Under the pieces are notes generated by a model. It was not told the origin of the DNA and made no database searches. It saw nothing but the letters and a program-made list of their open reading frames with translations. Positions 9,999 through 19,100 of a stretch of DNA of 32,000 bases are shown one piece after another. How positions within the stretch are numbered: the stretch's first letter is position 1; each line of letters opens with the position of its first letter. Source of the stretch: Ignisphaera sp. (lineage in GTDB: Archaea; Thermoproteota; Thermoprotei_A; Sulfolobales; Ignisphaeraceae); assembly GCA_038821645.1 (NCBI GenBank), contig JAWBDT010000003.1, forward strand, positions 75,192 through 107,191, read 5' to 3'. Both the position numbers and the translations under genes were made by a program.

Positions 9999-10925
9999 CT
10001 AGACAGCTTCCCAAAGATATTCAACTACATCGCTATGTCTAGGAGCTTCATGAGATCCTAACTTCGTTATTTTTAGAGCTGCTACAGCATTTGCGTAGAG
10101 AGCCGCCTTCTTTACCGTATAACCCCTTATGAATCCAGATATAAGGCCTGATATAAAGGCATCTCCAGCACCAGTCCTATCGACTACTTTATCTGTCTTT
10201 ACAGCTGGTACTTCTTCATCTATTCCATCACCCAGGATATAAACCCCTCTTGGACCAAGCTTTACTGCTACTAGTTCGGGTCCTAAGTTCTTCAAGATTC
10301 TCGCAGCTTCTCTATAGTTATCAGATTCTATTTGTGTTAGGGCTGCAGCTTCTCTATAATTGAGTGTAACTATATCTACCTGCTTAATCAGGGTTTCAAG
10401 TTCTTTTAATCCTTTTGTTGAAAGCACTCTACCTGGATCCCAGGAAACTTTAACATTATTCTTCTTAGCTATTTCGATAACCCTTAATGATGTATCTACC
10501 CTAAGACTGGCTATATGTACATATCTAGAGCTAGCAATAATGTCATCCACAATATCGTTTGGTTCTAGTTCTTCTGCAACACCTTTATAACCATACATAG
10601 CTATATCACCATTACTGTCTATAACAACTATGGTGAACCCTGTTTGTCCTTTCGATGAAACCCTTAAACCAGTTATATCTACACCTTCCTTAAGAAGTTC
10701 ATCAACAATAATTCTTCCAAAACTGTCAAAACCTATCTTGGCTATAACAGCCGTTTTTAAGCCAAGTCTACAACCATCGATGGCAACATTTACAGCTGAT
10801 CCTCCCGCACCCCAAACCTGGCTAACAACCTTGGCTTCTTCATCAGCTTGTGGAAACCTATCTACAACTATCCTTATATCTACTAGAGCATGACCTACAG
10901 CAACAAGATCATATCTCTTAGACAA
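9999..10925 (-). CDS. PfkB-family sugar or sugar-phosphate kinase, candidate ATP-dependent 6-phosphofructokinase
   Basis: N-terminal VGHALVD and GGSAVN blocks, and the C-terminal anion-hole motif DRTGAGDAF. Located 11 nt downstream of the class I aldolase gene on the same strand. The substrate assignment is inference from context. Confidence 0.75.
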   Translation of the reverse strand: MSKRYDLVAVGHALVDIRIVVDRFPQADEEAKVVSQVWGAGGSAVNVAIDGCRLGLKTAVIAKIGFDSFGRIIVDELLKEGVDITGLRVSSKGQTGFTIVVIDSNGDIAMYGYKGVAEELEPNDIVDDIIASSRYVHIASLRVDTSLRVIEIAKKNNVKVSWDPGRVLSTKGLKELETLIKQVDIVTLNYREAAALTQIESDNYREAARILKNLGPELVAVKLGPRGVYILGDGIDEEVPAVKTDKVVDRTGAGDAFISGLISGFIRGYTVKKAALYANAVAALKITKLGSHEAPRHSDVVEYLWEAV

Positions 10926-10936
10926 TACTCAAACCC

Positions 10937-11752
10937 CTACTCAAGATATTTCACAACATCTTCAGGATGCTTATCTTCGTGCACAATAGCCATTATGGCT
11001 TTAATCATTCCTCTGGGATTCTTATGTTGAAACACATTTCTACCTACTACAACACCTTGGGCACCTACCTCAATAACATTTCTAACATCTCGTAGAAACT
11101 CTAGAGGATTCTCTCTAGCAGGTCCTCCACTCATAAGGATAGGCACACCCGAAGCTATCTTAACAACTTCCGAGAACGATTCTTTAGATCCTGTATAGTA
11201 AGTCTTGATTAGATCAGCTCCACTCTCTACAGCAGCTCTTACACCATACTTAACGATTTCCACATCATACATATTCTTTATAGCTGGACCTCGAGGATAC
11301 GCTAGCTGTAGACATGGTAAACCATATCTTTCAGCAGCTTCACGTATACTAAACCATAGATCCATCATAACACCTTCGTAAGGACTTCCCCAGTAGACAG
11401 TTGCAGCAACAGCATCAGCACCAAGAGCAACAGCATCTTCAACATAACCAAAGACATTTTGGAGCAATCTCTGATCCTCTGGTCTTAGGTTAGTTTTACC
11501 TGTTACTTTTACGATAAGAGCAGTTCTATTAGCCCATACATCATGGGTTAAAGAAGCTAAACCAGGTAAAAGCATAATAGCATCAACACCAGCATCAACA
11601 ACCTTCTTCAGAATAACCTTGGGATCAATATGCTCTAGAGGGAAATCTTTTGGTCCATGCTCTACACCATGATCAAAAGCAAATACAACAGCTTTACTAT
11701 CTCTCAGTATTCTCGAGAGTCTAATCTTCTTACCCACGTAATTAAAAGTCAT
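10937..11752 (-). CDS. fba: Archaeal class I fructose-1,6-bisphosphate aldolase (DhnA family)
   Basis: [11 protein letters not shown], the [11 protein letters not shown] block (Schiff-base Lys region) and MSGGP blocks are typical of DhnA/FbaB-type aldolases. The ORF track starts at a GTG (11761); the ATG at 11750-11752 (MTFNYVGKK) is more likely. Confidence 0.85.
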   Translation of the reverse strand: MTFNYVGKKIRLSRILRDSKAVVFAFDHGVEHGPKDFPLEHIDPKVILKKVVDAGVDAIMLLPGLASLTHDVWANRTALIVKVTGKTNLRPEDQRLLQNVFGYVEDAVALGADAVAATVYWGSPYEGVMMDLWFSIREAAERYGLPCLQLAYPRGPAIKNMYDVEIVKYGVRAAVESGADLIKTYYTGSKESFSEVVKIASGVPILMSGGPARENPLEFLRDVRNVIEVGAQGVVVGRNVFQHKNPRGMIKAIMAIVHEDKHPEDVVKYLE

Positions 11753-11840
11753 ATGCAACACATATCTAGCCTACTCTTTCGAAATTAAAAAACTGAACTA
11801 TTTATTATTAGAGATTATGGTATTAAAGACTCTAATTGTT

Positions 11841-13199
11841 CTACAGTTTAGGTATATACGTTAAATCTATTTCTTTTGGTTCATAATCTTTCAATCTCCC
11901 TTCTAGATACTCTTGGTAACCAGTTAGATCTAGCAACCCATGACCACTCATATTGAATAATATTACTATCTTTTCGTTCTTTTTCTTCGCTTCTAAAGCA
12001 ATATCTATCACACTTTTGACTGCGTGAGCAGATTCTGGTGCAGGTACAATTCCCTCTACTTGTGCAAAAATTTTCGCCGCCTCAAACACCTCTGTTTGAT
12101 GATATGCTATTGGTGCAACTATTTTGTTTTTAACTAGTAAGGCAAGTGTGGGTGCCACTCCATGATACCTTAAACCGCCTGCGTGAATTGGCGGTGGTAT
12201 GTATTTGTGGCCTACGGTGTGCATTTTTATCAATGGTGTTAATCTAGCTGTATCTCCATAATCGTATGTATAGACCCCTCTAGTCATTGATGGAACTGCC
12301 TTGGGTTCTACAGCTACGAACTTTATGTCTCGCTTCTTACCTCTAACTATACCATCATGGTAAAACGGATACGCTAGACCTGCAAAATTACTTCCACCAC
12401 CGACGCATCCAACTATATAGTCTGGAAGCTCTTCTCCCATTAGCTCTAGCTGTTTTAATGCCTCTAGACCTATTACTGTTTGATGCATGAGCACATGATT
12501 TAGTACAGACCCAAGACTATACTTAGTTTTTGGGGTAGTTACAGCATCCTCTATAGCCTCACTTATGGCTATACCTAGAGATCCTGGATGATTCGGATTC
12601 TGCTCAAGAATGGCTCTACCAGAATTAGTATAGAGGCTGGGGCTAGGAACTACTTCTGCTCCATATAGTTGCATAAGTATCCTTCTATAGGGTTTCTGTT
12701 CATAGCTTGCACGAACCATATATATCCTGACCTTGAGTCCGAATACTGCACCAGCTAAAGCTAGAGCAGAACCCCATTGACCTGCACCAGTTTCTGTTGT
12801 GAGTCTTTCAATACCCTCTAGTCTGTTATAATAAGCTTGAGCTAGAGCTGTATTGACTTTATGGGAACCTGTGGGCATGACACCTTCATATTTAAAGTAT
12901 ATCTTAGCTGGTGTATCTAGATATCTCTCGAGTCTATATGCTCTTAATAGTGGTGTAGGTCTACCAATCTCTAGATAGAGTTGACGCAGATCTTCAGGGA
13001 TAGGGATAAATCTATCTGTAGAGAATTCTTGTAACACTAGCGATTTAGGGAATAACACCTCTAGATCCTTTTGCTCAACTACTGATCCATCTGGTTTAAT
13101 CATTGGCGGTAGCTGTTCAGGAAGATCGGGAACAATGTTATACCAGTATTTTGGTGTTATATCATCTGATTGAATAGATCTAACGAAATTTAACTCCAT
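11841..13199 (-). CDS. trpB2: TrpB2-type tryptophan synthase beta chain, stand-alone
   Basis: 452 aa, the long TrpB2 form. PLP-lysine motif [16 protein letters not shown], and the N-terminal extension characteristic of TrpB2. No other trp genes in the window. Confidence 0.9.
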   Translation of the reverse strand: MELNFVRSIQSDDITPKYWYNIVPDLPEQLPPMIKPDGSVVEQKDLEVLFPKSLVLQEFSTDRFIPIPEDLRQLYLEIGRPTPLLRAYRLERYLDTPAKIYFKYEGVMPTGSHKVNTALAQAYYNRLEGIERLTTETGAGQWGSALALAGAVFGLKVRIYMVRASYEQKPYRRILMQLYGAEVVPSPSLYTNSGRAILEQNPNHPGSLGIAISEAIEDAVTTPKTKYSLGSVLNHVLMHQTVIGLEALKQLELMGEELPDYIVGCVGGGSNFAGLAYPFYHDGIVRGKKRDIKFVAVEPKAVPSMTRGVYTYDYGDTARLTPLIKMHTVGHKYIPPPIHAGGLRYHGVAPTLALLVKNKIVAPIAYHQTEVFEAAKIFAQVEGIVPAPESAHAVKSVIDIALEAKKKNEKIVILFNMSGHGLLDLTGYQEYLEGRLKDYEPKEIDLTYIPKL

Positions 13200-13626
13200 T
13201 GGCGCATGATATCACCGTTTCTTCATCACATTGAACAAAATTAAAAGTTTTTCGCTATAACTAGACGATAGAATAACCATACTTAATTAAATATAGCTAT
13301 ATAATACAACATTAATTATCATATCATAGAATCTATAGTTAAGCTACAAATAAATACTGACATGAGATTATATTAGAGTATACCCTATGGATACAATTAA
13401 TACCAAATGTTTTGTCTAGTAAAGTAATACAAAGGACATGCAGAATCAATATTAATAGGGATTCAATGCACTTCTAAACAAACTGTATGTATATATGCCT
13501 AAGATAAGTAACTAAATATCTATACCTAATCATAATTTCAATTACTCTAACCAATTATCAATTGAGTCATTAACTTGATCATTGCATAAATCAATCCTTT
13601 TTCTAATACTCAATAGGATGTATTGT

Positions 13627-14427
13627 CTATAATCTCGTCACCTTTCTTGCAAACATTATATACCCTGTATGTCCAATCATTAATGATGATGGTCTTATAG
13701 ATTCTTTAGTTAGCATTATTTCACGTAGCAATACTTCGTAACATCTGATATCTATGTATCCTCCATGCTCTACTAAAGAATTATACAGTTTTTCAATCTG
13801 ATTAATCGATGGTACGAAGAATACTACTGGAGCTGAAGGTTTTAAGGTTGTATGTAAATGTTCCAATAGATTCCATGGATCAGCTACATCAACTACTGCT
13901 CCATCTATCTCTTTCTCATCTATACCTTCTTTAGCGTCTTTAAGTTTTAGAGTTACATAGCTCGCTAAACCTAATATCTCAAGGTTTTTTCTAGCGATAT
14001 TCAGAAATTCTTCTCTTATTTCATAGCCATAAACATGACCCGTAGGTCTAACTATATTAGCTAGTACAGCCGTAGTATTACCCGTACCTACACCTACCTC
14101 AACAATTCTTAATCCTGGTGAAAGCCCTAAGAGCATTACTATGAATCCTTGATCTTTAGGGTATATGACTTGTGTTACTCTAGTAAAACCTTTTTCAAGA
14201 AAATCTATGAGAAGCGGTTTTAGGATATATGCATTAAACTTAGTACTGGTTTTGACTCTAGATCCGTATTCAAGACCAATAACATCATCAAGATGTATAG
14301 AGCCTCTATCTGATGTAAAGACTCTATCTTTCTCTACTTTTGTAATCCATCTACGCCTACGATCCATATATATGAGTATCTTGTCATCTGGATGAACATA
14401 AATATTTTCACTCAGAGCTGATGTCAT
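13627..14427 (-). CDS. trmI: tRNA (adenine-N1)-methyltransferase TrmI (Gcd14 family, m1A57/58)
   Basis: N-terminal beta-domain followed by a Rossmann SAM motif VEVGVGTGNTT and a DVADPW block, as in TrmI/Gcd14. Confidence 0.85.
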   Translation of the reverse strand: MTSALSENIYVHPDDKILIYMDRRRRWITKVEKDRVFTSDRGSIHLDDVIGLEYGSRVKTSTKFNAYILKPLLIDFLEKGFTRVTQVIYPKDQGFIVMLLGLSPGLRIVEVGVGTGNTTAVLANIVRPTGHVYGYEIREEFLNIARKNLEILGLASYVTLKLKDAKEGIDEKEIDGAVVDVADPWNLLEHLHTTLKPSAPVVFFVPSINQIEKLYNSLVEHGGYIDIRCYEVLLREIMLTKESIRPSSLMIGHTGYIMFARKVTRL

Positions 14428-14675
14428 TCTTCATCACATCAACATTACCAGCCTTCATCATCGCGTAACGTAACTATATTTAACACTATATCTATGAAGT
14501 TCATAACTCTTCATGCTCTACTGACTAAGATTTGCTATAATAATGATTAAAACAAGTGATTTGTTATGGAATTGACAAAGCTCTACAAATACTTTACATG
14601 AAGTAGATTATCGATATTCTATGTCTCCTTAAAAACTTATCACATTTTTACGTAACTCAAATTAAAGTCTGTAAT

Positions 14676-14894
14676 TCAAAAATCCTCTATAACCTCTATA
14701 ACTCTACTTTTGTTACTCTTTCCCTCAATAACCCTATTACCACTAGACCAAAGTTCTTTCTTAAGTAATTCTCTAATGGCAGCTCTAATAACTTCTGATC
14801 TAGATGTATACCTACCTATTCTAACAAGTTCATCTATTGCCTCAATGTATGATTCCGGTATTTTTACTGTAACTATACGCAAAGGTATCACCAT
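14676..14894 (-). CDS. Ribbon-helix-helix (CopG/NikR-like) DNA-binding protein
   Basis: 72 aa. Pattern [17 protein letters not shown]...[17 protein letters not shown] is a beta strand followed by helix-turn-helix, as in RHH proteins. Confidence 0.65.
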   Translation of the reverse strand: MVIPLRIVTVKIPESYIEAIDELVRIGRYTSRSEVIRAAIRELLKKELWSSGNRVIEGKSNKSRVIEVIEDF

Positions 14895-14917
14895 AAGCGT
14901 TATACTAAAGATAATAA

Positions 14918-14924
14918 TTTATAA
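14918..14924. promoter_or_regulatory. Near-palindromic TATA element (TTTATAA) shared by the divergent RHH and S25e genes
   Basis: Centre lies about 27 nt from the RHH ATG (14894, minus strand), compatible with a leaderless mRNA. It lies about 37 nt from the S25e ATG (14958, plus strand). Confidence 0.4.
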
Positions 14925-14957
14925 GCTAGGGGAGATATTCACAGTAGTGGGTTGGCT

Positions 14958-15257
14958 ATGGGTACAAAAGGAGGTAAACCTATATCATCTATAGAGAAGA
15001 GACAGAAAAAAGTAGAGAAGAGAGAAGAAAAGAGAGAAGAAAAGAAAGAGATGAAATTAGGTATAGTAGATCAATCAATGGTCAAAAAAATTATAGAGGA
15101 ACTTAAAGGTCAGACTCACATAACCACATTTCAAGTAGCTCAGAAATACAATATAAGATACAGTATGGCTAAGAAATTACTAAGAGCCGCTGTATCTCAA
15201 GGAGCTGAAATAGTTGCTAAGAATAGGCGGGTTATTGTGGTTTCATTACGTAAGTAA
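14958..15257 (+). CDS. rps25e: 30S ribosomal protein S25e
   Basis: Lys/Glu-rich N-terminus followed by a winged-helix part (ITTFQVAQKYNIRYSMAKKLLR), typical of archaeal S25e. The ORF track starts at TTG 14952; the ATG at 14958 is more likely. Confidence 0.85.
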   Translation: MGTKGGKPISSIEKRQKKVEKREEKREEKKEMKLGIVDQSMVKKIIEELKGQTHITTFQVAQKYNIRYSMAKKLLRAAVSQGAEIVAKNRRVIVVSLRK

Positions 15258-15316
15258 CAAGTTTTTACTCTAGATAACATTTAATGAACTATGTGACACT
15301 ATTCTAAATGTCTCTA

Positions 15317-16147
15317 TTACTTGATGTAGTATGATATAGCTTTGCTCAATACCTTTAATAGTTTTTTACGTGATGGAGAAAGAATAGACTCTGTACCTAT
15401 CTTTGATTTCGATCTCTCTTTATCTAGATTAACTTTGATTATTTTTGGTGATTTATCTAATACTTCATGAATAACAGCACCATTTTCATCAACTATTGAT
15501 GTAGGCATAAACATTACTTCTTCATCTTTTTTTCTAATAGTGTATCCGATACTTATAATCATTGAGTTAAGCTCTAGTGATCTGGTTTTCATTATAGCGG
15601 TTATCTTATCTACTGATATTTGTGGATATGGATAGAAAATCACTACATCAACATTCGTTATCTTCATCAAGAGCGAAAGCTCTGGTAGATGTATATCTTC
15701 TGCTATGAATATACCTATGGTGAGACCACAGATATTGATTATAGGTGGTGAAGAGCTTTGTCCAAATTTTGAAGGCGTGTTTACTTGACTTATAACTGAT
15801 TTAATGTTCATTGACGGATCTACTAGAAATGCTGATCTATATATTTTTGAACCTCTTCTTTCAAGTATGGGTCCGCTTAGTATATATATTTTGAATTTAT
15901 TAGCTAATCTTGCTAATTGCTCAGAAGTTCTTCCAGGTATAGTTTCTGTAATCCTCCTAGTCTTCAGATTCTTCTTTAAATCAAAAATAGGTATACCATT
16001 TATCATGGCCGGCAATAAAACTACTTCAGCACCCTCGTTTTTTGCTCGCTCTATCATTTCTTCAATTCTCTGAATATTTTGATCATATTTACCGAGATCT
16101 ATAACGCTATGAAGAACAGACATAACGTTTTTTACATTGTTTGACAT
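15317..16147 (-). CDS. Carbon-nitrogen hydrolase (nitrilase superfamily)-like protein lacking the catalytic residues
   Basis: Collinear with CN hydrolases: GAEVVLLPAM versus the usual ..LPE, GLTIGIFIAEDIHLPE versus G...G..IC[YWF][DE], and a C-terminal ...SIVDENGAVI...KVNLD block. Ala occupies the catalytic Glu and Cys positions. The start overlaps the rgy stop by 16 nt. Confidence 0.7.
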   Translation of the reverse strand: MSNNVKNVMSVLHSVIDLGKYDQNIQRIEEMIERAKNEGAEVVLLPAMINGIPIFDLKKNLKTRRITETIPGRTSEQLARLANKFKIYILSGPILERRGSKIYRSAFLVDPSMNIKSVISQVNTPSKFGQSSSPPIINICGLTIGIFIAEDIHLPELSLLMKITNVDVVIFYPYPQISVDKITAIMKTRSLELNSMIISIGYTIRKKDEEVMFMPTSIVDENGAVIHEVLDKSPKIIKVNLDKERSKSKIGTESILSPSRKKLLKVLSKAISYYIK

Positions 16148-19100
16148 ACCTTCACACCTTCACCATATAGTTCAGAAATTACATGCTTACATACTTCTTT
16201 AAATAACTCTTGTATTACATCTATATAATTGACTTTACCTGATTCTACAGCCTGTATCTTTGTATAGAGTTCCTGTGTTCTCTTGACACTCACCATCCTC
16301 CTTAGTTCATTACGAACCATGTTGAGTATCTTGGTAACATTTTCGACAATATTTTCACTTCTTCTGTATACAGACCTTATGGTGTTTAGAAACATCTCGA
16401 AATCGATATCTTTATCATCAAAACTCGCTCCAGCAAGAAGAAGATACACATATATCCCTTCTATATCAGGTATAAGTATACCGCCTTTTACACTCATCGT
16501 ATAGCCTCTCTTAATAATCGTATCTATGATTTTAGCATATGTACTGGGTCTACCTATACCTACCTCCTTCATCCACCTAATTATATCACCTTGAGTTGGC
16601 ATCGTATATTCACTCAAAACAACAGTTCTTATCTTTAAAGGTTTTAGAGAAAATGTTGTATTAGGTACAGAGATAACTTTTATTGGCATATACATCAATA
16701 GGAATCCTGGGTCAATTACATTCGTTACGAGCTCTATAGTATGTGAGAATACTTCGTTATTATCGATATAGACTGTTGCAATGTATCTAGTTTTCTCCAC
16801 AATGCCAGGCTTCATCTGACTTGCCATAAACCTTCTGAATATAAGATCATAGAGTTTGAAATGTTTAGCAGTAAGTCTTAATGGAGTCTCTATAATACCT
16901 TCAGCTATAAGCTCTTTAAGTCTGTCCACATCTATAGGTTTTGTTGGACGTATACCTTCGTGAGCTCCTCCGCTACCCCAAGTTCTAGGTTCAAAGACTT
17001 CAGAAAGTTTATCGCCATAGATACTAGATATATACTCTTTAGCTACACCTATACCGGCCGACGATATTCTTGTTGAATCTGTTCTATGGTAAGTTATAAA
17101 TCCAAGCTCGAAAAGATCTTGAGCAAGTCTCATAGCCTCTACAGCATCGATCTTCAGAACTCTATATGCTTCAGCTATCATTTCATCTGTTGTAAATGGT
17201 GGTAATGGATATAGTCTCTCAATACTTACTGATATAGGTCTAAAAACAACTTCCACACGTGATGGAGAAAGCCTTTTGATCTCTTCGCCAAGAGCCTTCT
17301 CTAGTAAATCTTGAGGAACTTCTATAGATATCCCATCAAGATATATGATCTTGGTTTTTCTAGCTGTTGTTAGCTTCTTGATATAGAGCTCTATGATCCT
17401 GCCAAGAACAGGTGTCTGAACCCTGCCTGCACTTAACCTTCCTTCTCTTTCTCGCAAACCTATATCGAGAGTCTTCAGCTTGTTCGTCACATATTCAGAA
17501 AGTGCAAACCCCAATAACCTATCCTCTATCCTTCTAGTTATCTGAGCTTCAACAAGCGATAAATTGACTTCCCTGGGATTCCTAAAAGCATTCATTACAG
17601 CTTTTCTAGTAACCTCATGGAACTCTATCCTCATAATTGATTTAGCGAAAGGTGCTAAGGATATCGCTATATCGTATCCTATCTTCTCGCCTTCAGCATC
17701 AGGATCTGTAGCTATAAATATCTCGTCAACTTCCATAGCTATTTTCTGAAGTACCTCAATAACAGATCTAGATGATTTTACTCTATCACTCCCACAGATA
17801 GGACATGTTTCTCCTTTTACGAATTGTGTACCGCATCTAAGGCATCTTTTAATGTAATCATATTTTGGTAGAAAGAGTGTCTTTTCCTTGTGTTTAGCAA
17901 TAGCTATTCCATAGACACTATCTTCCTGAATACCTTCTTCAACTAATTCAAAAACATGACCACCAGTAGAGGTTATAAGCAGATGTATATCGCCTACATT
18001 AGTTTCATAAATTCTTAGACCATCTATTTCCCTAAACGTTGGTCTTCCAAAGAATGATGCTATAGTTCTAGCTTTATTAGGAGATTCAACTATAAATAAA
18101 GCTGTTCTAACTCTAAGCTCCTTGGGTACTTCACGAAGATCTAGTTTACCAGATCTAATTGCTTTCAATAGTTCTCTATCATCATCAATACGTTTGATTA
18201 CATTATCAATATCTACTGTTTCTAAGGAACTCATTGAAAAATCCTCTATAAAGTACTTTACTCTGTCTACAAGTCCATTAAGCAGTCTAATATCATCGAC
18301 TAATACTATGGAAAGTCCTGTCGTTATACCTCCAACAAAAAGTCTCGAAGTTCTGCCGCTAGCCTGTATATATGTAGGTGCATCTGGTATCAATATGTAA
18401 AGTGTGTTGTTTTCTTCAACAATAGATGCTTTCTGATATTTCTTGAGGGCCTCAACTATATTCTTATCAGATAGAAGAGATGTAACGAAATTGTGGGCTT
18501 CGGTTATTATGGAGGCTATAGGTTCTTCTATAGGTTCTTGTGAAGATATCTTATCAACTATAATCTTAATTCTTTCAGCAGACATCTGTCGAAGGATTCT
18601 TCTGAGCTGTGCTATAAGTCTAATTGCCTTATCTTTCTGTTTCTCATCCTCTATTACATCTAAAAGTACTGTTAAAAGCCTCAGTAAGTTCTGTGGATTA
18701 AATCCTATTTGTGTTATCGAAATTTTGTGCCTAGGGACTCCAATAAATATGGCATATCTGATCCTCTCCGGGATATCTATTCCTCTCACAAGAAGACCAT
18801 AGTACGTGGCTACACCTATTAGAGCCTTTATCTCACCTAAGATGAATCGTTCTAGAGTGTCTGTTCTCCTGCTCGAGAGCACTTCAACATCTATACCTCT
18901 ATCTCTAAGTTCATTACAGAGTTTGTTAGCGTATTCTAATCCTCGATCAATTGTTACATATATTAGACATCCATCGCCTAATTTATTGATAAGTTTTGCA
19001 ACAATATCTGCTACTTCCTCTTCTTTAGGCATCAACATGTAGGTATCTACAACATTTCTATAAACTTCAACAGCAGATCCTATATTGAATCCCAATAATT

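Noticed and set aside
14405-14460. C/D-box sRNA-like motif string on the minus strand across the trmI 5' end: ATGATGA - 12 nt - TTGA - 1 nt - GTGATGA - 15 nt - CTGA.
   Set aside because: The spacings do not fit archaeal C/D sRNAs. The D' to C' loop is only 1 nt and the second guide is 15 nt rather than about 12. The D' box is non-consensus and there is no terminal stem. The putative D box lies inside the first codons of trmI. The GATGA repeats are more simply purine-rich leader or Shine-Dalgarno-like sequence.
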